In this document: positions 8,761 through 19,418 of the stretch, one piece after another
How positions within the stretch are numbered: the first letter of the stretch is position 1
Layout: each line of letters opens with the position of its first letter
NCBI RefSeq assembly: GCF_902522795.1
Contig: NZ_CABYWZ010000007.1
Span: forward strand, 9,644-73,643
Source of the DNA: an uncultured Prochlorococcus sp.
GTDB lineage: Bacteria; Cyanobacteriota; Cyanobacteriia; PCC-6307; Cyanobiaceae
Direction: 5' to 3'
DNA: 64,000 bases
Made by a program: the position numbers and the translations under genes
The notes under the pieces: generated by a model
The model's database searches: none
What the model saw: only the letters and a program-made list of their open reading frames with translations
Told to the model about the DNA's origin: nothing

Positions 8761-10728
8761 TTAAGATGATAACTTTTTTTCGACAAAAATATTTGCCTTT
8801 TCTTTTTTTATTTCTCTTATTTTTAGCCAAACAAGTAATGCAGTTAAATCAGCTTTGCTTACTCCAGGAATTTTTGAAGCATCACCAAAATTTTTTGGCT
8901 TTATCTTATTTAAATTTTCTCTAGCTTCTAAAGATAATGTATCTATCTTTTCATAATTTATTTCTTGAGGCAGAGATTTACAGCTTTGACGATTTATTTG
9001 TTCAATGTTGTTTTTTTGTCTTTTAAGGTAACCCTCGTATTTAATATCTATTTCAACACCTTCCTGTATTGAAGAACCTAGATTTTTTTCAGTCAAATTG
9101 TATTTAATTAGATTTGAATAATGAAAATTTGGTCTTTTTAAGAGTTCTTTCAAAGTTGTTGAGCCTTTGATCTTTGATCCCGTTTCTAATTCTATTTTTT
9201 TTGATATTTCATCAGTATTTTTTAAACGAGTGTTATTTAATCTAAATTTCTCTTTCTCGAGAAGTTTCATTTTTTCTTGATAGGCCGACCATCTTTTCTC
9301 ATTAATTAGCCCTATTTGATAACCTAATGGTGTTAATCTCCTATCCGCATTATCTCCTCTAAGAGTTAACCTATATTCACTCCTACTAGTTAGAACTCTG
9401 TATGGTTCTTTGAGATCTTTGGTAATTAAATCATTGATCATTGTGCCTATATAACTGCTTTCTCTAGTGAAGATTATTGGATCTTTTTTGCTTAGTTTTC
9501 TTGTCGCATTAACTCCTGCAACTAATCCTTGTGCTGCTGCTTCTTCATAACCAGTAGTCCCATTAATTTGTCCCGCGCTAAATAAATATTCAATTTCTTT
9601 CGTTTCGAGTGATGTTTGGAGCTGTGTAGCAGGTATATAGTCATATTCCACAGCATATGCTGGCCGCAACATTTTACATTCATTCAATCCGGGTAAGGTT
9701 CTTAAAAGTTCTAATTGAATATTTTCGGGTAAACCTGTAGAAAATCCTTGTACATATATTTCAGGGGTATTAATTCCTTCTGGTTCTAAGAAAATTTGAT
9801 GTGATTCTTTATCAGCAAATTTAACGATTTTATCTTCAATTGATGGACAATATCTTGGTCCTTTGCTATCAATAAAACCGCCGTAAATGGGAGTTAAATG
9901 TAAATTGTCTCGAATTAGTTGATGTGTTTTGGCAGTTGTTCTTGTGATGTGACAACTAACTTGGGGCATATTATTTTTTATATCTGGGTCAAACGAAAAA
10001 TATTTATCTGCTGCAGTACTTGGTTGAATATCTAATTCATCAAAAATGATACTTCTTTTATCAACTCTTGCTGGAGTTCCTGTTTTTAAACGTTCTGTTT
10101 TAATACCAATTTCGTGTAAATTTTGAGTAAGACCTTTTGCTGCTTGTTCGCCCGATCTACCAGCTGACATTGATTTATTTCCTATCCATATTCTTCCTTC
10201 TAAGAACGTACCAGCAGTGATGATAACTGATCTTGCGGAATAATAACTACCAAAGAAAGTTCTTACACCCTTTATTCTTTTTTTTAAGGTTTTTTTGGAG
10301 TTCAATCCAATTTCTTCAGTTTTTGCAATATCCAGTTCAGTAATCATTGCTTCTTTTAAAGATAAATTATCTGTGTTTTGTAGTATTTCAATCATCTTTT
10401 TTGAGTATTCTCTTTTATCTGTTTGAGCTCTTAATGCCCATACAGCTGGGCCTCTACTTGCATTTAATATTCTTTTTTGTATAGCTGTCTCATCAGCTAA
10501 TTTACCAATAATTCCACCTAATGCATCAACTTCATGTACCAACTGACTTTTTGCCGGTCCGCCAACTGCAGGGTTGCAAGGTTGCCAGGCAATCCTATCT
10601 AAATTGATTGTAAATAAGGCTGTAGAAAATCCTAATTTTGCTGTTGTTATAGCTGCTTCGCATCCTGCATGTCCTCCTCCAATAACAATGATGTCAAAAG
10701 ATTCATTTGTTGAGTGATGATCTTGCAT
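8761..10728 (-). CDS. mnmG: tRNA uridine 5-carboxymethylaminomethyl modification enzyme MnmG (GidA)
   Basis: FAD-binding motif [15 protein letters not shown] and full-length GidA-like sequence (655 aa). Confidence 0.97.
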   Translation of the reverse strand: MQDHHSTNESFDIIVIGGGHAGCEAAITTAKLGFSTALFTINLDRIAWQPCNPAVGGPAKSQLVHEVDALGGIIGKLADETAIQKRILNASRGPAVWALRAQTDKREYSKKMIEILQNTDNLSLKEAMITELDIAKTEEIGLNSKKTLKKRIKGVRTFFGSYYSARSVIITAGTFLEGRIWIGNKSMSAGRSGEQAAKGLTQNLHEIGIKTERLKTGTPARVDKRSIIFDELDIQPSTAADKYFSFDPDIKNNMPQVSCHITRTTAKTHQLIRDNLHLTPIYGGFIDSKGPRYCPSIEDKIVKFADKESHQIFLEPEGINTPEIYVQGFSTGLPENIQLELLRTLPGLNECKMLRPAYAVEYDYIPATQLQTSLETKEIEYLFSAGQINGTTGYEEAAAQGLVAGVNATRKLSKKDPIIFTRESSYIGTMINDLITKDLKEPYRVLTSRSEYRLTLRGDNADRRLTPLGYQIGLINEKRWSAYQEKMKLLEKEKFRLNNTRLKNTDEISKKIELETGSKIKGSTTLKELLKRPNFHYSNLIKYNLTEKNLGSSIQEGVEIDIKYEGYLKRQKNNIEQINRQSCKSLPQEINYEKIDTLSLEARENLNKIKPKNFGDASKIPGVSKADLTALLVWLKIREIKKEKANIFVEKKLSS

Positions 10729-10740
10729 TTTAGGATTGAT

Positions 10741-12123
10741 TTAATTTGCTAAATTCCTAAATCTCGTAAATTGAGGTTCAAATAATAATTTAACAGTTCC
10801 TACGGGTCCATTTCTATGTTTAGTGACAATGATTTCTGTAATTCCTCTATCTTCAGTCTCTGGATTATAGTATTCATCTCTATAAATCATTAATACTAAA
10901 TCTGCGTCTTGTTCAATAGATCCTGATTCTCTTAGATCGCTTAACATTGGTCTTTTATTTGTTCTAGACTCTACCCCTCTACTAAGCTGAGATAAAGCTA
11001 CTACTGGTACTTTTAATTCTCTTGCCATGCTTTTAAGACCTCTTGTTATTCGTGAAAGTTCTTGCACTCTATTATCAGGGGTTGATCCTTCCATTAACTG
11101 CAGGTAATCAATCACAATTAATCCAAGTTCTTTTTTTTGTTCAGCTATTAATCTTCTGCAAAGAGATCTCATCTCTAAAACACTTAAGTTAGGCTTGTCA
11201 TCTATAAATATTGGTAGTTGACCTAATGAATTGATACCTTCTCCAAGTAATGGCCATTCATCTTGCTGTAATCTTCCTGTTCTTAGCCTCCCACTCTCGA
11301 TTCCAACTTCCATAGAAAGTAATCTATATGTCAACTGTTCTTTACTCATTTCAAGGCTAAATACACACACAGGTAAATCTTGAGATTGTGCAACATTTTT
11401 AGCCAGATTAAGAACTATTGAAGTTTTTCCCATTGAAGGTCTTCCAGCAACAATTATTAAATCACTTCTTTGAAAACCTTGAGTCATAGCATCAAGATCA
11501 TAGAAATTTACAGGAATTCCAGCTACTGAAGTACCTAATGATCTTGATTCTATTTCATTGAAAGTACTTGTAAGGATTTCAGCTGCTTGAGTCAAACCTT
11601 TTGAAGGTTTTTCTTGACTGATTTCAAATATTTTTTGTTCTGCTTTATCTAGAACTTCATTAGTATCTTGAGTCTGATCAAAACCTAGTTGAACCACTTC
11701 ATTTCCTGATCTAATAAGTTGCCTTCTCATGAATTTGTCGTTAATTAAATTAGCAACTTGTTCTATGGAAGCTGTAGAGGAAACATTTTCAACTAGTTCT
11801 ACCAGTTTGCTGTTTCCTCCAATTTTTTCTAGTGATCCATTATCTGCTAACCAAGCACTCATTGATGTTAAATCAGTTGGTTTACCCTGGGTATGCAACA
11901 TTAATGCTGTTCTATAAATTTCTTGATGGGCATTTATATAAAAAGCTTCAGGTTTAATTAAGTCTGCAATTCTTCCGATCGCGTCTGGATCAAGAAGTAT
12001 GCCACCAAGAACAGCTTCTTCTGCTTGAACGTTTTGAGGAGGAACTAATCCAGCATTTTCACTATTAAAATCTTTTTTAAAATTTTTATTTTGCCCATTA
12101 TTTGGAAAAGGTACGGAAACCAT
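10741..12123 (-). CDS. dnaB: Replicative DNA helicase DnaB
   Basis: Walker A GRPSMGKTS, DnaB N-terminal domain, and conserved rplI-dnaB synteny. At 460 aa there is no intein. Confidence 0.97.
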   Translation of the reverse strand: MVSVPFPNNGQNKNFKKDFNSENAGLVPPQNVQAEEAVLGGILLDPDAIGRIADLIKPEAFYINAHQEIYRTALMLHTQGKPTDLTSMSAWLADNGSLEKIGGNSKLVELVENVSSTASIEQVANLINDKFMRRQLIRSGNEVVQLGFDQTQDTNEVLDKAEQKIFEISQEKPSKGLTQAAEILTSTFNEIESRSLGTSVAGIPVNFYDLDAMTQGFQRSDLIIVAGRPSMGKTSIVLNLAKNVAQSQDLPVCVFSLEMSKEQLTYRLLSMEVGIESGRLRTGRLQQDEWPLLGEGINSLGQLPIFIDDKPNLSVLEMRSLCRRLIAEQKKELGLIVIDYLQLMEGSTPDNRVQELSRITRGLKSMARELKVPVVALSQLSRGVESRTNKRPMLSDLRESGSIEQDADLVLMIYRDEYYNPETEDRGITEIIVTKHRNGPVGTVKLLFEPQFTRFRNLAN

Positions 12124-12181
12124 ATCTTTAATTGCTTAGATATATACTCTGGCTTCTTTTCAAAATAATGCAACAAATTGA

Positions 12182-12637
12182 TTAACTTGTTACTTCAATA
12201 TTTACTTCTGCATTTACTTCTGGATGTAATTTTATTTTTGCAGTAAAGGAACCTAAATTATGAATATCAGGAACAGTAATGTTTCTTCTATCAATTTCTT
12301 TTTTAGTTGCCGCTTCTATTGCTTCTGCAACATCCCCATTGGTAACCGTTCCAAAAAGGACACCATCTTCTCCAACCTGTTTTTTGATAGTGAACCTACC
12401 TATTGTAGATAATGCAGTTTGGAAATCTAAAGCCTCTTGCTTTAATTTATCAGCAGCGATTTTTTCTTTTTCTTTTTTCCTTTCAATTTGTTTAAGGACT
12501 GCTGGTGTTACATTCATTGCCTTGCCATAAGGTAATAGAAAATTTCTTGCGTATCCAGGTGCTACTTCGACTAGATCTCCCTCTTTACCTAGTGATGCGA
12601 TTGATTCAGTTAATGCGACTTGTACTCTTTTAGCCAT
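12182..12637 (-). CDS. rplI: 50S ribosomal protein L9
   Basis: [13 protein letters not shown]...L9 N-terminal domain. The track start (12652, TTG) adds 5 residues; the ATG at 12637 is preferred. Confidence 0.93.
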   Translation of the reverse strand: MAKRVQVALTESIASLGKEGDLVEVAPGYARNFLLPYGKAMNVTPAVLKQIERKKEKEKIAADKLKQEALDFQTALSTIGRFTIKKQVGEDGVLFGTVTNGDVAEAIEAATKKEIDRRNITVPDIHNLGSFTAKIKLHPEVNAEVNIEVTS

Positions 12638-12657
12638 GAAAATATTGAACAATATAT

Positions 12658-13596
12658 TTAATAATAAGACCTAGAGGGTAACTTTACTTTTTTTGCAAGA
12701 CCTAATTTTGCAAGAATCTTAATATGTTCCCATGTTATATCTATCTGACCTCTAAATAATCCTTGTTTTGCTGAGTTGGGAAATGCATGATGATTATTAT
12801 GCCACCCTTCTCCAAATGTTAAAGCAGCAACCCACGCATTGTTTTTAGATGAATCACCACTTTCAAATGGTGCTTTACCCCAACAATGCGTCGCGGAGTT
12901 TACTAGCCAAGTTATGTGATAAACAACCACAAGCCTTAATGGAATGCCCCAAAGAACTAAAGCCCATCCTCCAACTCCTAATTTTTGACCTATTGCGTAT
13001 AAAGAGAGTCCAATAGGAATTTGCAAGAATAAAAAATATTTATTTAGAAATCTATAGTAGGGATCCTTGATTAAATCTGCACTTAGTTTTGGAACAGCTT
13101 TTAGTGCTTCAACGTCTTTAAACATCCAGCCCATATGACTCCACCAAAACCCCTTTTTACTATTGTGATGATCTACTTCAGTATCTGAAAAAGAGTGGTG
13201 ATGCCTATGTAAACCTACCCAATCTATTGGTCCATGCTGGCAGCTTATAGCTCCACAGGTAGCAAAAAATCTTTCTAACCATCTTGGAACAGTGAACGAT
13301 CTGTGTGATAACAATCTGTGATATCCAAGAGTAACTCCTAAACAAGCAGTTACCCAGTAAAAAAATAATAATGAAGTGACTGCTGGGAGACTCCAAAATT
13401 TTGGTTGTATAGCTATAAGAGAAAGAATATGAATTGCAACCATGAAAACTATTGTTCCCCAAGTTTTATGTAGTCTTGGAGGATATCTTTTTGAATGGCT
13501 GGAAGGTTCCAGTAATTTTTCTGAGAGCTCTATAACTTTTTCAGCTGGGACAGGTTTTTTTAATTTTGCTGTTTCTTGGAAAATTACTGAATTCAT
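12658..13596 (-). CDS. desC: Delta-9 acyl-lipid fatty acid desaturase
   Basis: Three histidine boxes (HRLLSH, HRHHH, HNNHH) and TM helices, typical of the cyanobacterial DesC type. Confidence 0.9.
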   Translation of the reverse strand: MNSVIFQETAKLKKPVPAEKVIELSEKLLEPSSHSKRYPPRLHKTWGTIVFMVAIHILSLIAIQPKFWSLPAVTSLLFFYWVTACLGVTLGYHRLLSHRSFTVPRWLERFFATCGAISCQHGPIDWVGLHRHHHSFSDTEVDHHNSKKGFWWSHMGWMFKDVEALKAVPKLSADLIKDPYYRFLNKYFLFLQIPIGLSLYAIGQKLGVGGWALVLWGIPLRLVVVYHITWLVNSATHCWGKAPFESGDSSKNNAWVAALTFGEGWHNNHHAFPNSAKQGLFRGQIDITWEHIKILAKLGLAKKVKLPSRSYY

Positions 13597-13716
13597 GATA
13601 TTGAAATGCTATTTTCAAAATTACCGATATGTAATATTATCATACTATACTATTAATAAGTTTAATTATCTGTGAGTCTCGGATATCGCGATAAATTATC
13701 TAGAGGTCGAAGGGCT

Positions 13717-14370
13717 ATGGCTCATTTGATACATCTTTGGCATGAAAGAAATGGCTGGTCTCACAGAGTTTTGCCATTACTTTCTGAAGTTCTTGATTTA
13801 GGTAAGGTTCATAATTCCCAAATTTCTAATCTTAGAAATGGGAAGTTATCTTCGCCAGGTCCTGAAGTTTTTCTTGCTTTAGCTCAAGTTAATACGATTC
13901 TTGATCAAGGTATAGAAAAAATCAGGGATCGTTTTGAAAGTGATTACCCAGAGTTATGGAAATCTTTGGAAGAGTCGGCATTACCCCTAAAAAATGATTC
14001 TGGTAATCCATTGTCGGCTGGGGAGTTATTCGAGATATTTTCAGGATTAAAATCTCTACCATCATCTTTTGACTGGTACATAGAAGATGAGGAAGCTTCT
14101 GCTTTAAGTGATGCTCTGTCAATGCATTTTTGTCAGAATAAGGCTTGGAGATCATGTAAAATTCAGGTAATGGAAGCCTATGCTGTCAATAAATCTGCCC
14201 GTAGAGAACGTTTTGCTGAGGTGGTAGCAGGAATTAGAGATTATACTGCAGAAGAATTAGATGGAGAACTACTTGACTTATATGAGGCTTCGAAAAAACT
14301 TTCTTTTTTTAAGGGTATGGGACCTAATGGTTTCCTCGCAGAATTAAGAAATTTAGCTTCTGAAAAATAA
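13717..14370 (+). CDS. Hypothetical protein with possible N-terminal XRE-like helix-turn-helix
   Basis: The stretch LSEVLDLGKVHNSQISNLRNGKLSSPGPEVFLALAQV resembles an XRE-type HTH; the remainder is unrecognised. The ORF is open from GTG 13672. The ATG at 13717 has a GAGG 11 nt upstream. The start is uncertain. Confidence 0.6.
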   Translation: MAHLIHLWHERNGWSHRVLPLLSEVLDLGKVHNSQISNLRNGKLSSPGPEVFLALAQVNTILDQGIEKIRDRFESDYPELWKSLEESALPLKNDSGNPLSAGELFEIFSGLKSLPSSFDWYIEDEEASALSDALSMHFCQNKAWRSCKIQVMEAYAVNKSARRERFAEVVAGIRDYTAEELDGELLDLYEASKKLSFFKGMGPNGFLAELRNLASEK

Positions 14371-14388
14371 CATGAGTTTTTAAAATAA

Positions 14389-15681
14389 ATGACACTAAAC
14401 AATAACTCAAAACTGGCTGAAAACGTTGTTTTTACTATAGAAGAGAGTTTAAGTAAAGTTTTCCAAGAAAGGTCTAATCAGGTTTTCAAGAAATTAGAAA
14501 ATATTTTGACAATTTTTAAGGAAGAAAAAGTTTCTACTAGTCATTTCAATCAATCTTCTGGTAGTGGTCACGATGATATATCTAGAGAAAAAATTGATGC
14601 GGTTTTTGCAAGATTGTTTCTTGCTGAAAAGGCAGCTGTGAGGATGCAATTTGTGAGTGGAACGCATGCAATAAGTTCTGTCTTATTTGGAATTCTTAGA
14701 CCTGGAGATGTAATGTTATCTCTTACAGGACAACCATATGACACGTTAGAAGAAGTCATAGGAATAAGGGGAGGAGGAAAAGGCTCACTTAAAAATTTTG
14801 AGATTGAATATAAGCAAATAAATATTTGTGAGAATTTTGATTCGTTTGAAGAAAAAATTGTTAATTCTTTTAAAGAAAATTCATGCAAATTAGTATTCAT
14901 ACAAAAAAGTTGTGGATATAGTTGGAGAAAATCTCTTACGAATAATCAGATAGAGAAAATTTGTAGTCTCATTCATACTCTTGATCCTAAATGTATATGT
15001 TTTGTTGATAACTGTTATGGGGAGCTTGTTGAAGATAGTGAACCAATTTCTAAAGGGGCAAATATAATTGCTGGATCATTGATTAAAAATTTGGGAGGAA
15101 CAATCGTTCCTACTGGTGGGTACGTTGCGGGAGATGCAGAGTTGGTTGAGATGGCATGTTCTAGATTAACCTCACCAGGTATTGGTTCTTCTGCAGGAAT
15201 AAATTTTGGACTAGGAAGATTAATTTTACAGGGTTTGTTTTTAGCACCACAAATTGTTCATGAATCACTAAAAGGTGCTGATATGGTTGCAGCAGTCTTT
15301 AAAAATTTGGGATTTAAGGTTTTACCAGAGCCAGCAACTTATAGATCTGATCTTATTCAATCAATACGATTGAATAATCCTGATTTGGTACAAAAGGTTT
15401 GTCAATCTTTTCAAAATTCTTCACCAGTAGATTCTTTTTTGAATGTTGTTCCATCTCCAATGAATGGATATGATTCAAAATTATTAATGGCAGGAGGTAC
15501 ATTTATTGAGGGCAGTACAAGTGAATTTTCTGCTGATGCTCCTCTAAGAGATCCTTATAATATTTTTGTTCAAGGTGGTTCTCACATGGCTCACATCAAA
15601 ATTGCATTAATTCGATTATTATCTGAATTATTAGATGAAAAATTAATTTCAAAGGATTCTCTTCTTCCTTTATCTACTTAA
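14389..15681 (+). CDS. PLP-dependent Cys/Met-metabolism-like enzyme (aluminium-resistance/YnbB, Met_gamma_lyase family)
   Basis: 430-aa ORF resembling the YnbB / aluminium resistance protein family (fold-type I PLP enzymes). Its stop is 2 nt before gcvH. Confidence 0.7.
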   Translation: MTLNNNSKLAENVVFTIEESLSKVFQERSNQVFKKLENILTIFKEEKVSTSHFNQSSGSGHDDISREKIDAVFARLFLAEKAAVRMQFVSGTHAISSVLFGILRPGDVMLSLTGQPYDTLEEVIGIRGGGKGSLKNFEIEYKQINICENFDSFEEKIVNSFKENSCKLVFIQKSCGYSWRKSLTNNQIEKICSLIHTLDPKCICFVDNCYGELVEDSEPISKGANIIAGSLIKNLGGTIVPTGGYVAGDAELVEMACSRLTSPGIGSSAGINFGLGRLILQGLFLAPQIVHESLKGADMVAAVFKNLGFKVLPEPATYRSDLIQSIRLNNPDLVQKVCQSFQNSSPVDSFLNVVPSPMNGYDSKLLMAGGTFIEGSTSEFSADAPLRDPYNIFVQGGSHMAHIKIALIRLLSELLDEKLISKDSLLPLST

Positions 15682-15683
15682 TC

Positions 15684-16073
15684 ATGTCTTACCAGTTTCC
15701 AGACAACCTCAACTATGCTGATACACATGAATATGTCTTGGAAGAAAATGGATTATTAAAAATTGGAGTTAGTGAATTTGCTATAGATCAATTAGGAGAT
15801 ATTGTTTTTGTTGAATTAGCAGATCAAGGGACAATTTTAGAGAAAGGTGAGACTTTTGGAACAATAGAATCAGTTAAGGCCGTTGAGGAAGTCTATCTGC
15901 CTTTTTCAGGCGAAATAGTATCTGTAAATGCAAGTATTATTGATAACCCTGAGCTTTTACAGAATGATCCGATTGGAGACGGTTGGTTAGTCATTTTGAA
16001 ACCAAAATCAAAATCATCAATTGCTGATTTGATGACTTCTGAGGAATATCAATCAAAGGTTCTACCAAAATAA
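15684..16073 (+). CDS. gcvH: Glycine cleavage system H protein
   Basis: Lipoyl-lysine motif ESVKAVEEV in a 129-aa protein. Confidence 0.95.
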   Translation: MSYQFPDNLNYADTHEYVLEENGLLKIGVSEFAIDQLGDIVFVELADQGTILEKGETFGTIESVKAVEEVYLPFSGEIVSVNASIIDNPELLQNDPIGDGWLVILKPKSKSSIADLMTSEEYQSKVLPK

Positions 16074-16118
16074 GGCAAACTTTTTAAAAGGAGCTATTTT
16101 AAAGAAAAATATTTTAAT

Positions 16119-19028
16119 ATGACATCCAAATTTGGGTCCGATTTGTTTATAGATAGACATCTTGGTTTAGGAGATAATGATGAAAGAGTAATGCTGAATA
16201 AGCTTGGTTTTAATAATATTGATCAATTTATAAATCAAGTTATTCCTAAAGATATTCAGCTTAAAGATAAATCTTCTGAAATATTGCCCCAAGGTTGTTC
16301 AGAAATTGAGGCCTTAAATGAATTAGAAGAGATTGCTAAGAAAAATACTAAAATGAGATCACTAATTGGCCTTGGTTATTATGACAATCACATGCCTAAA
16401 GTCATCCAAAGACATGTTTTTGAAAATCCAAGGTGGTACACGTCTTATACTCCATATCAAGCAGAAATTGCACAAGGAAGATTAGAAGCTTTATTTAATT
16501 TTCAAACGGTTGTTTGTGAACTAACAGGATTCCCTGTTTCCAATGCATCTTTGTTAGATGAGGGTACTGCTGCTGCTGAAGCTATGGCCATGAGTTTTTC
16601 CGCAAGAAAAAATAAATCTTCAAAAGTGTACTTAGTTGAATCAAATGTTTTTGATCATACTTTTAATGTTCTACAAACCAGAGCAAAACCTTTGGGAATA
16701 TCCTTAAAACGCTTTACTCAAAGCAATCTTCCTAATCATGATGATGTTTTCGGAATGTTGTTGCAATTACCTGGTAAAAATGGGCAACTATTTGATCCCA
16801 CATTCTTAATATCCCAAGCACATAGATTAGAAATTATTGTAACGGCATGTATTGATCCACTGGCACAAGTTTTAATTAAACCAATTTCTGAATTTGGTTT
16901 TGATATTGCAGTTGGTAGTATGCAAAGATTTGGTGTTCCAATGGGTTTTGGTGGACCCCATGCAGCATATTTTGCCTGTAGCGAAAAATATAAAAGGCTT
17001 ATACCTGGAAGAATTGTTGGGCAAACTCTCTCTAAAAATGGAGAAAAGTCTCTAAGATTAGCATTGCAAACAAGAGAGCAACATATTAGAAGGGAAAAGG
17101 CTACTAGTAACATTTGTACCGCTCAATCTTTGTTAGCTATAATTTCGTCTTTTTATGCTATTTATCATGGACCTTGTGGATTAACTCAAATTGCTAAGAG
17201 ATTAGTTGAGTTAAGAATAAATTTGGAATCATGTTTAGCTGATTTAGGTTTTGATCTTCCTGAAGGGATTAGATTTGATAGTGTTGATATTTATTCTAGG
17301 CACTCCCAGAGGATCCATAATGAAGCTCTAAAAAATGGTTATAACTTAAGGATTTTGCCTTTGGGATCAACTATTGAAAATTCAACTGGCTTTGGGATCT
17401 CTTTAGATGAGCTTAGTAATGAAAAAGAAATCAAAGATATTGTGACTTTCATAGCAAACCTTATAGGAAAAAAAGAAGATTTAGAACATATAAAATTTGA
17501 TAAAAGATTTCATTTTGAAAGTTTAGCTTTGAGATCTAGTGAATGGATGCAGCAAGATATATTCACAAATTACCAAAGTGAAACGGAATTAATGAGATAT
17601 ATATTCCGACTTGCTGAAAAAGATTTTTCTCTGGTAGATGGAATGATGCCATTAGGAAGCTGTACAATGAAGTTAAATTCTTCAGCAGAGTTAAATCCAG
17701 TCTCTTGGGCTAATTTATCTTCTATTCATCCTTTTTCTCCACTAGATCAAACTAAGGGCTATTCAAAAATAATATCTGATCTAGAAAAATGGATAAGTGA
17801 TATTGTTGGTTTGAAATCAGTTTCTTTTCAACCAAATGCTGGCTCTCAGGGAGAGTTTGCAGGATTATTAGCAATAAATTCTTATTTTGAATCAAAAGGT
17901 GAACTTTCAAGAAAAAAATGTTTAATTCCTAAAAGTGCTCATGGAACAAATCCTGCTAGTGCGGTTATGGCAGGATTTGATGTTTTAACGGTTGAATGTG
18001 ATGACGAAGGAAATATTGATTTTCGAGATTTGTCGATCAAGGTCAAGAAATTTGATAACCAAATAGGAGCCCTTATGTTAACTTACCCCTCTACTCATGG
18101 AGTTTTTGAATTGCAAATCAGAGAGATATGTGACTTAATACACTCTGTAGGAGGATTTGTATATTTAGATGGAGCAAATTTGAACGCTCAGGTTGGATTA
18201 TGCAAACCGGGGAATTATGGTATTGATATTTGTCATTTGAATTTACATAAAACATTCTGCATTCCACATGGAGGTGGTGGTCCAGGAGTTGGTCCAGTTG
18301 CTGCATCAGAAACTTTAAGCCCATTTCTTCCTACCCATTATTTAATGGATAATAATTTATCTAATAATTCCAATTACGTATCCTCTGCAAAGCATGGTAG
18401 TGCAAGTATTCTTCCAATAAGTTGGATGTATATAAAAATGGTTGGTCTTAGTGGTCTTAGGAAAGCAACTGCGCATGCAATTTTATCTGCAAATTATATT
18501 GCGCATTCTTTAAAGCATAAATTCAAGATTCTTTATAAAGGAAAAAATAATTTTGTCGCACATGAATGTATTTTGGATTTTCGAGATTTAAAATCCAAAA
18601 CTGGTTTGAGTGTAAATGATTTAGCTAAACGATTAATAGATTATAGTTTTCATGCCCCAACTATAAGTTGGCCTGTTCCAGAGACAATAATGATAGAGCC
18701 TACTGAAAGTGAAAGTTTGGTTGAATTGGACAGATTTTGTGAGGCTATGCTTTTGATTGGAGAAGAAATCAGCGAAATAGAAAAAAATATTGAATTAAAG
18801 AATAATAATTTAATAAGTAATGCTCCCCATACGCTGAAAGAGTTAATTGCCGATAATTGGCATTATCCTTATTCAAAAGAAAAAGCTTCTTTTCCTTATA
18901 AAACTTCAACATCTATTAAGTTCTGGTCTTCAGTTTCTAGGATCGACAATGCATATGGCGATCGCAATTTAATTTGTTCTTGCAATGTAAATCAAGGAGA
19001 GACTTTCGAAGAAAAAAAATGTGCTTAA
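16119..19028 (+). CDS. gcvP: Glycine dehydrogenase (decarboxylating), P protein
   Basis: 969-aa single-chain GcvP with the PLP-lysine region HLNLHKTFCIPHGGGGPG. Confidence 0.97.
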   Translation: MTSKFGSDLFIDRHLGLGDNDERVMLNKLGFNNIDQFINQVIPKDIQLKDKSSEILPQGCSEIEALNELEEIAKKNTKMRSLIGLGYYDNHMPKVIQRHVFENPRWYTSYTPYQAEIAQGRLEALFNFQTVVCELTGFPVSNASLLDEGTAAAEAMAMSFSARKNKSSKVYLVESNVFDHTFNVLQTRAKPLGISLKRFTQSNLPNHDDVFGMLLQLPGKNGQLFDPTFLISQAHRLEIIVTACIDPLAQVLIKPISEFGFDIAVGSMQRFGVPMGFGGPHAAYFACSEKYKRLIPGRIVGQTLSKNGEKSLRLALQTREQHIRREKATSNICTAQSLLAIISSFYAIYHGPCGLTQIAKRLVELRINLESCLADLGFDLPEGIRFDSVDIYSRHSQRIHNEALKNGYNLRILPLGSTIENSTGFGISLDELSNEKEIKDIVTFIANLIGKKEDLEHIKFDKRFHFESLALRSSEWMQQDIFTNYQSETELMRYIFRLAEKDFSLVDGMMPLGSCTMKLNSSAELNPVSWANLSSIHPFSPLDQTKGYSKIISDLEKWISDIVGLKSVSFQPNAGSQGEFAGLLAINSYFESKGELSRKKCLIPKSAHGTNPASAVMAGFDVLTVECDDEGNIDFRDLSIKVKKFDNQIGALMLTYPSTHGVFELQIREICDLIHSVGGFVYLDGANLNAQVGLCKPGNYGIDICHLNLHKTFCIPHGGGGPGVGPVAASETLSPFLPTHYLMDNNLSNNSNYVSSAKHGSASILPISWMYIKMVGLSGLRKATAHAILSANYIAHSLKHKFKILYKGKNNFVAHECILDFRDLKSKTGLSVNDLAKRLIDYSFHAPTISWPVPETIMIEPTESESLVELDRFCEAMLLIGEEISEIEKNIELKNNNLISNAPHTLKELIADNWHYPYSKEKASFPYKTSTSIKFWSSVSRIDNAYGDRNLICSCNVNQGETFEEKKCA

Positions 19029-19043
19029 AGGACTAGCGTCCTT
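19028..19043 (+). terminator. Weak hairpin immediately after gcvP stop
   Basis: AAGGAC-TAGC-GTCCTT (6-bp stem, 4-nt loop) followed by T-rich but interrupted GTATTTACTT. There is no clean U-tract. Confidence 0.25.
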
Positions 19044-19157
19044 GTATTTACTTAGTTATTATCAGTGAGAATAAAAATTTAATATTTTCTTATAGAATTT
19101 TTTTAAATTTTTTTATTAAAATAATCGAGCATCAAATTTTTTGGGGTATTTGAAGCT

Positions 19158-19406
19158 ATGAACAAAGAATCTAAATCTGGTAATGTTAAGCACCTGCCAG
19201 TTAAAAATGTTGACTTACCAAATTTTGTAAATAATTTTTCAGGAGATAACTCAAACATTTGTTCTATTGAGGGAACTAATGTCATAAGAGTACCTTTTGG
19301 TAAAAAATTTTCAAAGAAAAAAAGGCCCGAAAAGAATCAAAATATCGCTACTCTCATACTCCCTTTAAGTTCGTATAGTAGTCCTACGCCTCCACACGTA
19401 GCATAA
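19158..19406 (+). CDS. Candidate hypothetical protein (82 aa)
   Basis: 83 stop-free codons in an AT-rich gap. By hand count codon position 1 is ~64-70% purine with GC1>GC2>GC3, a better fit than the overlapping minus-strand ORF. No recognisable homology. Confidence 0.35.
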   Translation: MNKESKSGNVKHLPVKNVDLPNFVNNFSGDNSNICSIEGTNVIRVPFGKKFSKKKRPEKNQNIATLILPLSSYSSPTPPHVA

Positions 19407-19418
19407 TTAAGATTTAGT

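Noticed and set aside
13631-13645. An NtcA-like GTA...TAC motif in the desC/hypothetical divergent promoter region.
   Set aside because: The spacing is N9 (GTAATATTATCATAC), not the canonical GTA-N8-TAC, and such a match is easily produced by chance in an AT-rich background.
16736-17113. A 125-aa ORF antisense to gcvP (likewise 18118-18324).
   Set aside because: It is embedded opposite a highly conserved region of gcvP, with low-complexity, Cys/Pro-rich shadow-frame composition.
19103-19285. A 60-aa minus-strand ORF in the gcvP-sqdX gap.
   Set aside because: It shares third codon positions with the longer + ORF and has weaker codon periodicity (about 49% purine at position 1 by hand count). 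It is likely a shadow ORF. This is not fully excluded; see the finding on 19029-19418.
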